A DNA stretch of 64,000 nt. Origin: an uncultured Actinomycetes bacterium. GTDB lineage: Bacteria; Actinomycetota; Thermoleophilia; UBA2241. A program made the translations under genes and the position numbers. This document shows, piece by piece, positions 33,329-44,809 of the stretch. The stretch spans positions 276,886 to 340,885 of the forward strand of contig CAVPVX010000011.1 in NCBI GenBank assembly GCA_963709345.1. Reading direction: 5' to 3'. The notes below the pieces were generated by a model. The model saw only the letters and a program-made list of their open reading frames with translations. It was not told the DNA's origin and ran no database searches. Within the stretch, counting starts at the first letter, position 1, and the number at the start of each line of letters is the position of its first letter.

Positions 33329-35122
33329 ATGGACCCCCTGACAAACACTCGCCCTGTTGGCCGAGTGATGCGGCGGCCGCAGAACGCCATCCCTTACGCG
33401 GTCGCCGTAGCGGCTGTGGCGGCCTTCTCCTTCTTGTCCGGGGGGTACATCCTGGGGCGGAGCACCCCCATCGCGGTCGCCGTTCTCCTGCTGGCGGCTG
33501 TATGGGTGTGGTTTCTCCGCCGCCGCCGGCGTCCCTCCTGGCCGTTTGTCGCGGCTCTCGTCGTCTTCGGCCTCTACGCCCTGTGGACCGGGGCCTCCGT
33601 GCTCTGGTCGCTCGCCCCGGACCTGACCTGGGCGGCGTTCAACCTCACCGCGTTCTACCTCGCCGTCCTCGCGGTGCTCGGCCTCACGTCGGTGCGTGTT
33701 CTGCAGCTGCGTACGGCGGGCTACGGGTACTTCGCCGTCGCCGTGGCCGTCGGCGTCTATGCGTTTCTCGGCAAGGCGCTGCCCGAGGTCGTGACGCACG
33801 CGCACCGGTACGCGCGTCTCGACAGCCCGGTGGGCTACTGGAACGTACTCGCGCTGATGATGGTCATGGGGCTCTGCGTGGGCCTTTCTCTCGCGGGGGA
33901 CCGGCGGGCGCACCCCGCCTGGCGCGCGCTCGCCGCCGCCGCCGCGGTTCCCATGTGCATCACGTTCTACTACTCCTTCTCGCGTGGCGGGTGGATCGCT
34001 CTGGGCGTCGCGCTCCTGCTCTACTTCGCGTTCACGACCAGCCGGCTCGCCAGCCTGAGCAGCCTGGTCGCGATCGTCACTCCCGTCGCCGTCGTGCTGT
34101 GGCGCCTGCGTGGTCTGAGCACGCTGTCAACGGCCACGACCGACGATGCCCTGCGCGCTCTTGAGGGGGGCGTGCTCCTCCGCTGGTCGCTCGCGGCGAT
34201 ACTCGTCGCGAGCGGCGTCCAAGTCGCGATCGCCCTCCTCCATCGCGCCGTGCCCTGGCCGCGCTGGCTGCGCTTCGCCGCGGGCGCTACGATCGTGGTC
34301 GTGCTGGTGGGCGGGGCGATCGGGGGTTCGTGGCGATTCCTCGAGCCGCGCGGCGGCACCGCCTGGATCGGCGAGCGCGTGACCGTCCTTCTCGAGGGGA
34401 GCGACGAGACGTCGAGCAATGAGGGGGCGGGGCGCCTCATCTCTCTCAACACGGGGCGGCCGGAGCTCTGGCGTGAGGCGATGGACCAGTGGCGGCACGC
34501 GCGCGTGAGTGGGTCGGGCGCCGGCACCTTCCCCTTCACGCACTACCGCTTCAGGGAGACCGGAGGCGTCACCAAGCACGCGCACAGCCAGTGGTTCAAC
34601 GTGCTCGGCGAGCTGGGTACGGTGGGGCTTGCGCTGTTCGTCGCGGCCATGGCGCTGTGCGTCGCCGCGATGGTCGGCAACCCCTTCTCGTGCCGGCGCG
34701 ACCCGCTGCACCCGCTCCTCGTGGCGATGCAGGCGGGCGTGATCGCCTTCTTCGTGCACGTCTCCTGGGATTGGGACTGGGACATGGCCGCGATCGGGAC
34801 GCTCGTGTTCGTCTTCGTGGCGGCGTCGGCTTCGTACCGCACGGCCCGTGCTGCCGACGAGCGCGATCGGGAGCCGCGGCGAGCGACGTCGTCAGGTGCG
34901 CGGGTCGCTGCCGCGCCCGCTTCGGACGAGCCGGGGCCCGACGAGCCGGATGCGCGCGAGGCGGCCGCGTTCGCGGCCACCGTCGTCGTCACGAGCGCGA
35001 ACGCCGTCGTGTCTGCCGGCGGCGATACGATCGCACGCGACCACACGACTGCCGGCGACCGATGTGACCGCGGGCGACCACGTGACCGCGGACGGTCGCG
35101 ACGCAGCCGACGGCCCGGATGA
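33329..35122 (+). CDS. O-antigen ligase (Wzy_C/WaaL) family polytopic membrane protein; probably continuous with the downstream TPR ORF via a frameshift
   Basis: About 11 TM helices. It carries ...FYYSFSRGGWIALG... and ...HAHSQWFNVLGELGTVG..., the hallmarks of O-antigen ligase. The acidic low-complexity tail ends at 35122. Confidence 0.75.
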   Translation: MDPLTNTRPVGRVMRRPQNAIPYAVAVAAVAAFSFLSGGYILGRSTPIAVAVLLLAAVWVWFLRRRRRPSWPFVAALVVFGLYALWTGASVLWSLAPDLTWAAFNLTAFYLAVLAVLGLTSVRVLQLRTAGYGYFAVAVAVGVYAFLGKALPEVVTHAHRYARLDSPVGYWNVLALMMVMGLCVGLSLAGDRRAHPAWRALAAAAAVPMCITFYYSFSRGGWIALGVALLLYFAFTTSRLASLSSLVAIVTPVAVVLWRLRGLSTLSTATTDDALRALEGGVLLRWSLAAILVASGVQVAIALLHRAVPWPRWLRFAAGATIVVVLVGGAIGGSWRFLEPRGGTAWIGERVTVLLEGSDETSSNEGAGRLISLNTGRPELWREAMDQWRHARVSGSGAGTFPFTHYRFRETGGVTKHAHSQWFNVLGELGTVGLALFVAAMALCVAAMVGNPFSCRRDPLHPLLVAMQAGVIAFFVHVSWDWDWDMAAIGTLVFVFVAASASYRTARAADERDREPRRATSSGARVAAAPASDEPGPDEPDAREAAAFAATVVVTSANAVVSAGGDTIARDHTTAGDRCDRGRPRDRGRSRRSRRPG

Positions 35123-35138
35123 CAGAGCCGGCGCGCCG

Positions 35139-35582
35139 GTGGCCGCGCGGCGCCGGCATGCCGGCTGGGCGCCGCGGGTCGTCGCCAGCGTGGCCCTCGT
35201 GCTGCTGGCGTTGAGCTGGATGCCGCCGTATCTGGCGGGTCGCGCGGAGAAGGCGGCGCGCGTGGCGGCCAGCGACGGCGAGGTCGCCGTCGCGCTCGAC
35301 CACGCCGCGCGGGCCGCGCACCTTGATCCTCTGGCGGCCGATCCGCTGCTGCTCCAGTCGTCCCTCCTGCAGCAGGAGGGACGCAGTCGCGAGGCGCTCG
35401 ACAAGGCGGAGGCGGCGACCCGACTGCAGCCGGCGAACTACAAGGCCTGGTACGAGCTCGGCAGGCTGCAGCTCACCGTGCTGGGCCGCCCGAAGGACGC
35501 CAGAGCCTCGTTCCGCCGCGCGCTCGAGCTCAACCCGTTACACGACGGCAGCCGAGCGGAGCTCGACGCGCTCGCCTTCTGA
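35139..35582 (+). CDS. TM-anchored TPR-repeat protein (or the C-terminal TPR module of the O-antigen ligase)
   Basis: In frame from GTG 35139: a TM helix VVASVALVLLALSWMPPYL, then TPR-like repeats ...ALDKAEAATRLQPANYKAWYELGRLQLTVLGRPKDARASFRRALELNP.... Confidence 0.55.
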   Translation: MAARRRHAGWAPRVVASVALVLLALSWMPPYLAGRAEKAARVAASDGEVAVALDHAARAAHLDPLAADPLLLQSSLLQQEGRSREALDKAEAATRLQPANYKAWYELGRLQLTVLGRPKDARASFRRALELNPLHDGSRAELDALAF

Positions 35583-35697
35583 GTCCCGGGGGTGCCTCCG
35601 GGGATCGCCGCGGGCTCCCCGGACCCTTGTGGCGCCTGTGGTAGACTCTCGCCCGAAATGGGGCTCCCCCACACCTGCGACGGAGGTGTCGTTCCGC

Positions 35698-37011
35698 ATG
35701 CATGCCACTCCGATCGGGGTCGTCGGCACCGGGTACGTCGGGCTGGTCTCAGCCGTGTGCTTTGCTCACCTGGGCCACGACGTCGTCTGTATGGACATCG
35801 ACGAGGGCAAGATCGCCCGTCTCTCCAGAGGGGATGTCCCCATCTACGAGCCGGGGCTCGAAAAGCTCATCGCCGACAACGCCGGCCGGCTGACTTTCAC
35901 CACGTCCTACGACGAGGTGCTGGCGGCCTGTCGCATCCTGTTCATAGCCGTCGACACGCCTCCGTCGCCGTCTGGCGACGCCGATCTCTCGCGCGTGCAG
36001 CACGCGACGCGCGAGATCGCGGCCCGCGGCGGTGAGCGGCTTCTCGTCATGAAGAGCACCGTGCCGGTGGGCACGGGCGAGAAGGTCATGGCCGACCTTG
36101 AGGCTCTCGGTGCGACCGGCATGACCTACGCGTCGAATCCCGAGTTCCTGCGCGAAGGCGCCGCCATCCAGGACTTCCTCGAGCCCGACCGCATCGTGAT
36201 CGGCGCGTTCCGCGACGAGGACGGCGACGCCGTCGCGGCGCTGTACCGCGGCATCGACACCGACGTCGTCCGCACCAGCGTGCCGACGGCCGAGATGGTC
36301 AAGTACGCCTCCAACGCGTTCCTCGCCACCAAGATCTCGTTCATCAACGAGATCGCCAACGTCTGCGAGCAGGTGGGCGCCGACGTGCGCACCGTCGCCT
36401 ACGGCATGGGTCTGGACCACCGCATCGGGCCGCACTTCCTGCAAGCCGGCATCGGCTACGGCGGCTCGTGCTTCCCCAAAGACGTGCAGGCGCTCAAGCA
36501 GCTGGCGGGGAACACCGGCTACCACTTCCAGCTGCTCAACGCCGTCATCGAGGTCAACGCGCTCCAGAAGAGGCGTGTCGTCGGCAAGCTCAAGGAGCGG
36601 CTGGGGAACCTGCGCGGGGCCACCATCGCGCTGCTCGGCCTCACCTTCAAGCCGCAGACCGACGACCTGCGCGAGGCGGCCTCCATCGTCCTCGCCGGCC
36701 GCCTGATCCATGAAGGCGTGCGCGTGAAGGCGTACGATCCCATGCTCGAAGCCGGAGAGCACCCGTTGTTCCCCGGCGTCGTCATCTGTAGCGAGCCACT
36801 CGAGGCCCTCGAGTCCGCGGACGCGGCGGTGCTCGTGACCGAGTGGTCCGAGTTCGGCCGCCTCGACTGGAAGGCCGCCGCCGCGGCGATGTCGCGGCCG
36901 CTGCTCGTGGACGGGCGCAACTTCGTCGACCGCGATGCCGTCACCGCCGCCGGGTTCGAGTACGAGGGCATCGGTCTCGGCGCCGCGGCTCCGACGCCCG
37001 TCGCCGGCTGA
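35698..37011 (+). CDS. ugd: UDP-glucose 6-dehydrogenase
   Basis: ATG at 35698 after a GGAGGTG ribosome-binding site. IGVVGTGYVGLVSAVCFA...GGSCFPKD... with the catalytic Cys motif. Confidence 0.9.
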   Translation: MHATPIGVVGTGYVGLVSAVCFAHLGHDVVCMDIDEGKIARLSRGDVPIYEPGLEKLIADNAGRLTFTTSYDEVLAACRILFIAVDTPPSPSGDADLSRVQHATREIAARGGERLLVMKSTVPVGTGEKVMADLEALGATGMTYASNPEFLREGAAIQDFLEPDRIVIGAFRDEDGDAVAALYRGIDTDVVRTSVPTAEMVKYASNAFLATKISFINEIANVCEQVGADVRTVAYGMGLDHRIGPHFLQAGIGYGGSCFPKDVQALKQLAGNTGYHFQLLNAVIEVNALQKRRVVGKLKERLGNLRGATIALLGLTFKPQTDDLREAASIVLAGRLIHEGVRVKAYDPMLEAGEHPLFPGVVICSEPLEALESADAAVLVTEWSEFGRLDWKAAAAAMSRPLLVDGRNFVDRDAVTAAGFEYEGIGLGAAAPTPVAG

Positions 37012-37022
37012 GCCGCTCCGGC

Positions 37023-38183
37023 ATGAGCCACACGCGCGGCACTCCGCGGCAGGCCGTTATCCTCGTCGGCGGCGAGGGCAGGCGGCTGCGTCCCGTCACC
37101 TCTCGCGTGCCCAAGCCGGTGGCTCCCGTGGTCGAGAGACCCTTCGTCGCCTACATCCTCGACAACCTGGCGCGACACGGGGTCGAACGCGCCGTGTTCT
37201 CGACGGGTTTTCTCGCCGAAGCGATCGAGGCCGTCATCGGCGACGGCGCCGCGTACGGCCTGCAGGTCGAGTACGCGGTCGAGAGCGAGCCTCTCGGCAC
37301 CGCCGGAGCGATCGCCAACTGCGAGGGCAAGCTCCTCGACGACAGCTTTTTCGTGTTCAACGGTGACGTGCTGAGCGACGTGGACCTGACGGCGCTGGCC
37401 GCGGCTCACGTGGACCGGGGAGGTATGGGCACGATCTACCTCACTCCGGTGGACGACCCGCGGCGCTACGGCCTCGTCGAGCTTCGCGGGGACGGCAGCG
37501 TGGCGAGCTTCCTCGAGAAGCCCGGGGAGTGGGAGGGCACCGCGCTGATCAACGCCGGCGTCTACGTGCTCGAGCCCGAGATCCTCGAGATGATCCCGAG
37601 GGGGCGGCACTTCTCGATCGAGCGCGGGGTGTTCCCCAAGCTGGCGGCGGCCGGATCGCTGTACGGCCACGTCGATCACGGGTACTGGCGAGACATCGGC
37701 ACGCCCGACAGCTACCTGCAGGCGCACTTCGATATCCTCGAGCGCACCGTCGATACGCGGGTGGCGGAGGCCCTCGGCGAGCAGTATCTATGGGTCTCGC
37801 CGACGGCGACCGTGGACCCGAGGGCTCGGGTCATCCCGCCGTGCTTCGTCGCCGACGGCGTGCGCGTCGAGGCCGGCGCCAGGGTCGGCCCGCTGGCTGT
37901 GCTCGGCGCCGGCTGCGTGGTGGCCGAGGGGGCCGTGGTCGTCGAGGCGGTGGTCCAGGCGGAGGTCACCATAGGCGCCCACGCGCAGATCGAAGGCAGC
38001 ATCCTGGTGCGCGGCAGCAGCGTCGGCTCCGGGACGCAGCTGAACGGCGCCGTCCTCGGCGACGGCTGTGCGATCGGGGCCGGCAACCGGCTCGCCGGGG
38101 GCATCTGCGTCTATCCCGACACGGAGATCCCGGATAACTCGATACAGTTCTACGAGCAGCTTCGCGGCAGGGAGGGCACATGA
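37023..38183 (+). CDS. manC: Mannose-1-phosphate guanylyltransferase (NDP-sugar pyrophosphorylase with C-terminal left-handed beta-helix)
   Basis: MSHTRGTPRQAVILVGGEGRRLRPVTSRVPKP... followed by hexapeptide repeats. Confidence 0.8.
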   Translation: MSHTRGTPRQAVILVGGEGRRLRPVTSRVPKPVAPVVERPFVAYILDNLARHGVERAVFSTGFLAEAIEAVIGDGAAYGLQVEYAVESEPLGTAGAIANCEGKLLDDSFFVFNGDVLSDVDLTALAAAHVDRGGMGTIYLTPVDDPRRYGLVELRGDGSVASFLEKPGEWEGTALINAGVYVLEPEILEMIPRGRHFSIERGVFPKLAAAGSLYGHVDHGYWRDIGTPDSYLQAHFDILERTVDTRVAEALGEQYLWVSPTATVDPRARVIPPCFVADGVRVEAGARVGPLAVLGAGCVVAEGAVVVEAVVQAEVTIGAHAQIEGSILVRGSSVGSGTQLNGAVLGDGCAIGAGNRLAGGICVYPDTEIPDNSIQFYEQLRGREGT

Positions 38184-39529
38184 CGATCCCGGACGGCATC
38201 TTCAAGGCCTACGACATCCGCGGTCTGTACCCGCAGGAGCTCGACGAGGAGGCGGCGGAGCGCATCGGGTGCGCCCTGGCGCAGCAGCTGGGCGCGGCGC
38301 GGCTGGGCGCCGGGATGGACCCGCGCCCGTCGTCCACGGGCCTGCTCGAGGCGTTCGCGGCAGGCGCCGCTGCGGGAGGCGCTGCGACGGTCGACTTCGG
38401 TCTCGTCCCCACGGAGATGGTGTACTTCGGCGTCGCCTCACAAGGGCTGGACGGCGGCGTGATGGTGACGGCCTCGCACAACCCCCCCGAGTACAACGGC
38501 ATGAAGCTGGTCGGCGAGGGCGCCCTGCCGCTGAGCGGCGACGCCGGCATCCCCGAGCTCAAGGAGCGGAGCCAGGCGCTGGCCGAGTTGCCGGCGCGCA
38601 TCGCCTTCGGGGGGCTCGAGCGCTTCGATCTGTATCCCGGCTATGTCGATCACCTGCGCAACCAGGTCGACATGGCCGCCTTCAAGCCGTGCAAGGTGGT
38701 CATGGACGCCGCCAACGGCGTCGCCGGCAAGCTCGCGCCGCGGCTGTTCGACGGCACTCCCTTGGAGCGCGTCGAGATGTACTTCGAGGTCGACGGCACC
38801 TTCCCGAACCACGCACCGAATCCCCTGCTCGAAGAGAACAGCCGCGAGATCCGCGAGCGCGTCGTCGCTGAGAAGGCCGACCTCGGCATCGCCTGGGACG
38901 GAGACGCCGACCGCTGCTTCTTCATCGACGAGGCCGGCGAGTTCGTTCCCGGCGACTTCGTGACCGCGCTGCTCGCCCAGGCGCTCCTGCTCAAGAACCC
39001 CGGCGCGGCGATCCTCTACGATCTGCGCGCCAGCCGCGCGGTGCCCGACGTCATCCGTGCCGGAGGCGGCGTGCCGCTGCTCAACCGCGTCGGCCACGCC
39101 TTCTTCAAGCAGCGCATGCGTCGCGAAAAGGTCCTCTTCGGCGGCGAGGTCTCGGGCCACTACTACTTCGCCGCCAACTACAACGCCGACTCCGGCTTCA
39201 TCCCGGCGCTGCTCATTTTGGAGCTTCTCTCCCAGAAGGGCGCGACGATGGCGGAACTGCTGGAGCCGCTGCGCAGCAGGTATTTCATCAGCGGCGAGAT
39301 CAACTCCACGGTCACGGACGTGGCGGCCGCGCTGGCGCGCATCGAGGCCCGCTTCGGCGACGGCGCGATCACGCACCTCGACGGCGTCTCCGTCGACTAC
39401 GACGACTGGTACTTCAACGTGCGTCCTTCCAACACCGAGCCCTTGCTGCGCCTCAATCTCGGCGCCGACGCGGAGGGTCTGATGGAGGAGAAGCGTGACC
39501 TCGTCCTCGCGGTCATCCATGAGGGGTGA
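38180..39529 (+). CDS. manB: Phosphomannomutase/phosphoglucomutase
   Basis: ATG at 38180 overlaps the manC stop (ATGA). It has the active-site motif ...TASHNPPEYNGMK.... Confidence 0.9.
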   Translation: MTIPDGIFKAYDIRGLYPQELDEEAAERIGCALAQQLGAARLGAGMDPRPSSTGLLEAFAAGAAAGGAATVDFGLVPTEMVYFGVASQGLDGGVMVTASHNPPEYNGMKLVGEGALPLSGDAGIPELKERSQALAELPARIAFGGLERFDLYPGYVDHLRNQVDMAAFKPCKVVMDAANGVAGKLAPRLFDGTPLERVEMYFEVDGTFPNHAPNPLLEENSREIRERVVAEKADLGIAWDGDADRCFFIDEAGEFVPGDFVTALLAQALLLKNPGAAILYDLRASRAVPDVIRAGGGVPLLNRVGHAFFKQRMRREKVLFGGEVSGHYYFAANYNADSGFIPALLILELLSQKGATMAELLEPLRSRYFISGEINSTVTDVAAALARIEARFGDGAITHLDGVSVDYDDWYFNVRPSNTEPLLRLNLGADAEGLMEEKRDLVLAVIHEG

Positions 39530-40625
39530 TGTGAGGGGCGCGACCGATCTCGGGCCGGCGCGCGTCGCCGAGCTCGACAGCGGTGACATGCTCGGCGCCA
39601 TCGCCGCGTTGCCGTGTCAGCTCCGCGACGGGTACGCGACTGCCCGGGAGCGACTCGCCGGGGCCTTCTTCGGCACGTTTCCCGCGATCCCGCCGGCTGC
39701 GCCGGACGGGGTCGTCGTCTGCGGCATGGGCGGCTCGGCGATCGGCGCCGACCTTGTCTTCGCCTGCCTCCCGGACCTCGCCGTGCCGGCGAGTGTCGTC
39801 CGCGGCTACGAGTTGCCGGCGTGGGCGGGACCCGAGACGCTGGTCGTCGTGATCAGCTACTCGGGCGAGACCGAGGAGTCGCTGGCCTGTGTGGCGCATG
39901 CGCGCGCGCGGGGCTGCGCGCCCGTGTGCATCGCCTCGGGTGGCCGCCTGGCCGCTTTTGCCGCCACGGAGGGCTTGCCTCATGTTCCGGTCGCCGGCGG
40001 GGGGCAGCCACGGGCCGCCGTGGGGTCGCTCTCCATGCCGCTCCTGGCGACGCTCGAGGCGGCGGGTCTGTGCCGCGAGCACGCCGGGGACGTCGCCGCC
40101 GCCGCCACCCAGCTCGAGTCCGACGGCGTGAGGCTGGGCGCGGATTCGGACGAGCCGGCCAACGCCGCCAAGGCGCTCGCTCGTCGTCTGAAGGGCCGTC
40201 TCGCCCTCGTGTACGGCGCCGGGCCCACGGCGCCCGTCGCCCGGCGCTGGAAGGGCCAGATCAACGAGAACGCCAAGGCGCCCGCCTTCTTCAACGAGCT
40301 CTCCGAGCTCGATCACAACGAGATCATGGGCTGGACGAGTCTGAGGCAGGTGACGACGTCCGCCCTCGCCGTGTTCCTGGACGACGAGGGCGCCGGCCCG
40401 CGTCTGGCGCGGCGCGCCGGTCTCACGGCGCTGGAGTACGAGGCGCTGGGCGTCGCCACCGAGCACGTCGTATCTCACGGCGCCTCGCCGCTGGCGCGTC
40501 TCTTCTCGCTGGTGCAACTCGGCGACTATGCGTCCTGCTATCTCGCCCTGCTCTACGGCGTCGACCCGACGCCGGTCGCCGCCATCGAGCGCCTCAAGGA
40601 CCGGCTCGCCGGCGACGCCGGCTGA
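39519..40625 (+). CDS. Bifunctional phosphoglucose/phosphomannose isomerase (SIS-domain, archaeal type)
   Basis: ...VVVCGMGGSAIGADL... and ...VVISYSGETEESL... are tandem SIS motifs. The start is ATG 39519 or GTG 39531. Confidence 0.75.
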   Translation: MRGDVRGATDLGPARVAELDSGDMLGAIAALPCQLRDGYATARERLAGAFFGTFPAIPPAAPDGVVVCGMGGSAIGADLVFACLPDLAVPASVVRGYELPAWAGPETLVVVISYSGETEESLACVAHARARGCAPVCIASGGRLAAFAATEGLPHVPVAGGGQPRAAVGSLSMPLLATLEAAGLCREHAGDVAAAATQLESDGVRLGADSDEPANAAKALARRLKGRLALVYGAGPTAPVARRWKGQINENAKAPAFFNELSELDHNEIMGWTSLRQVTTSALAVFLDDEGAGPRLARRAGLTALEYEALGVATEHVVSHGASPLARLFSLVQLGDYASCYLALLYGVDPTPVAAIERLKDRLAGDAG

Positions 40626-40631
40626 CTCGCC

Positions 40632-42498
<1,867 letters not shown>

Positions 42499-42511
42499 GC
42501 CGGAGAACAGG

Positions 42512-43663
42512 ATGACCGCCGACCCGGCACAGCACGGAGCCGCCTCGGTCGCCGGTGGGCCTGCCGGGCCCGGCGGTTCGCGCCTGCGCGTGCGTACGGT
42601 CGAGATCCTTCCTGGAGAGGTCGTGCTCATCGACCAGCTTGCGCTGCCGCTGGAGGAGCGCTACGTCCGCTGTGCCACCTGGCGCGAGGTAGCCGACCGG
42701 ATCACCGACATGACCGTCCGCGGCGCGCCGGCCATCGGCGTCACCGCGGCGGGAGGCATCGCGCTCGCGGCCGGCGAAGCCGCCGCCGCGAGCCCCGACG
42801 ATGCCGCTGCGCTTCGGGCCGCGCTCGAGCAGGCCGCGAGGAGCCTGCTGGCCACGCGGCCCACGGCGGTCAATCTGCGTTGGGCGCTGGACGAGATGCG
42901 GCGAGCGTGGGAGGCGGCGCTCGCCGCCGGCCTGCCGCAGGCCGCTCCGGCGGCCGTGGCCGGCGCGCTTCTCGCCCGGGCGCAGGCGATCCTCGACGAC
43001 GACATCGACCGCTGCCTGCGCATCGGCGAGCACGGCGCGGCGCTGTTCAAGGCCGGCGACCGCATCCTCACGCATTGCAACGCCGGCGCGCTCGCGACGG
43101 CCGGCTACGGCACGGCTCTGGGCGTCATCCGCGCCGCGGCGGCGCGCTACGAGGGCATCTCCGTCCTCGTCGACGAGACCCGCCCGTGGCTGCAGGGCGC
43201 CCGCCTCACCGCCTGGGAGCTCGGCGTCGAGGGCATTCCGTACCGGCTGATCAGCGACAACATGGCCGGGCACTTCATCCAGCGCGGCGAGGTCGACGGC
43301 GCCGTGGTCGGCGCCGATCGGATCGCCGCGAACGGCGACACCGCCAACAAGATCGGCACGTACAGCGTGAGCGTGCTTGCCAAGGAGCACCACGTGCCCT
43401 TCTACGTGGCGGCGCCTCTCTCGACGGTCGACCTGACCGTGCCCAGCGGAGCCGGGATCCCGATCGAGGAGCGCCCAGAGCGCGAGGTGACGAGCTTCAA
43501 CGGCCGGCAGGTGGCTCCCGAGGGCGCCCGTGCTCTGCACCCGGCCTTCGACGTCACGCCGGCGGCGAACATCGCCGCCGTCGTCACCGAGGCCGGCATC
43601 CTGCGCGCCCCGTTTGGCCCGGCGCTCGCGGCGGCATGCTCCGGCGGGGAGTGCGAACGATGA
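42512..43663 (+). CDS. mtnA: S-methyl-5-thioribose-1-phosphate isomerase (eIF-2B alpha/beta/delta family)
   Basis: It has ...RGAPAIGVTAA...THCNAGALAT (catalytic Cys) and ...GADRIAANGDTANKIGTY (catalytic Asp). Confidence 0.85.
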   Translation: MTADPAQHGAASVAGGPAGPGGSRLRVRTVEILPGEVVLIDQLALPLEERYVRCATWREVADRITDMTVRGAPAIGVTAAGGIALAAGEAAAASPDDAAALRAALEQAARSLLATRPTAVNLRWALDEMRRAWEAALAAGLPQAAPAAVAGALLARAQAILDDDIDRCLRIGEHGAALFKAGDRILTHCNAGALATAGYGTALGVIRAAAARYEGISVLVDETRPWLQGARLTAWELGVEGIPYRLISDNMAGHFIQRGEVDGAVVGADRIAANGDTANKIGTYSVSVLAKEHHVPFYVAAPLSTVDLTVPSGAGIPIEERPEREVTSFNGRQVAPEGARALHPAFDVTPAANIAAVVTEAGILRAPFGPALAAACSGGECER

Positions 43664-44796
43664 CCGTCCGTGCCTACATCATGGCCGCGGGCCTCGGCAC
43701 CCGGCTCTACCCGCTGACCGGGCTCACGTCTAAGCCGATGGTCCCCATCCTCAACCGCCCGGTGCTGGAGCACCTGCTCCACCTGCTGCGCCGGCACGGG
43801 GTCACCGAGCTGGCCGCGAACCTGCACTACCACCCCGAGAAGATCCGCGCGTACTTCGGCGACGGCGCCGAGTTCGGCGTCGACTTGCGGTACCACCTCG
43901 AGGAGCATCTGCTCGGCACCGCGGGCGGCGCCGACGCCTTTCGCGAGTTTCTCTGCGGTTCCACCTTCCTCGTCATGAGCGGCGACGGCCTCACCGACAT
44001 CGACCTCACCGCCTTCCTGGCTGCGCACCGCGCCGCCGGCGGCATCGCTACCATGGCCGTCAAAGAGGTCGCGGACCCGTCGCTCTACGGGGTCGTCGTC
44101 CGCGGCGCCGGCGGGCGGGTGATGGGCTTCCAGGAGAAGCCGCCTCCCGGGGAGGCGCTCTCCGACCTGTGCAACTGCGGCATCTACGCGTTCGAGCCGG
44201 AGATCTTCGACTACATCGCTCCCGGTACGTTGGTCGATTGGGCCAGAGATGTGTTTCCGGCGCTGCTCGGCGACGATCGCCCGTTCCACGCCTGGGAGCT
44301 CCAGACATACTGGAACGACGTCGGCAACATCGAGCAGTACCGGCTGAGCAACTTCGACGCCCTGCTCGGTCACGTCGCCCTCGACGTGCCGGGGCGCCAG
44401 GTCTCGCCGGGCGTCTGGGTGGGGCAGGGCACCGAGATCGAAGCGGGCGTACGCCTCGAGGCGCCTCTCCTGCTCGGCGCGGGTTGTCTCGTGGAGGCGG
44501 GCGCCGAGCTCATCGGGCCGCTGATCGTCGGCGACGGCTGCGTCATCGAGCGCGGCGCCGTGCTCGAGGGCGTGATCCAGTGGGAGGGCGCGAAGGCCGG
44601 GCGTGGCTCGCGCCTCGACGGCAGCATCCTCGGCCGGCATGTCACCGTGCACCATGAGGCCGTGGTGCGCGAGGACGCCGTCATCGGCGATCGCTCCGAC
44701 GTGGCTGCGCACGCCCACGTCTCCGCGGGCGCGCGCGTCGAGCCGCGCTCCTGCATCGGTCCCGTCGGCTTCTGCGCCGGCCAGAGCGGCGAGTGA
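43660..44796 (+). CDS. Nucleotidyltransferase (NDP-sugar pyrophosphorylase, ManC/GlmU-like N-terminal domain plus left-handed beta-helix)
   Basis: ATG at 43660 overlaps the mtnA stop (ATGA). MTVRAYIMAAGLGTRLYPLTGLTSKPMVPI.... Confidence 0.8.
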   Translation: MTVRAYIMAAGLGTRLYPLTGLTSKPMVPILNRPVLEHLLHLLRRHGVTELAANLHYHPEKIRAYFGDGAEFGVDLRYHLEEHLLGTAGGADAFREFLCGSTFLVMSGDGLTDIDLTAFLAAHRAAGGIATMAVKEVADPSLYGVVVRGAGGRVMGFQEKPPPGEALSDLCNCGIYAFEPEIFDYIAPGTLVDWARDVFPALLGDDRPFHAWELQTYWNDVGNIEQYRLSNFDALLGHVALDVPGRQVSPGVWVGQGTEIEAGVRLEAPLLLGAGCLVEAGAELIGPLIVGDGCVIERGAVLEGVIQWEGAKAGRGSRLDGSILGRHVTVHHEAVVREDAVIGDRSDVAAHAHVSAGARVEPRSCIGPVGFCAGQSGE

Positions 44797-44809
44797 CGGC
44801 CGGTCGCGA

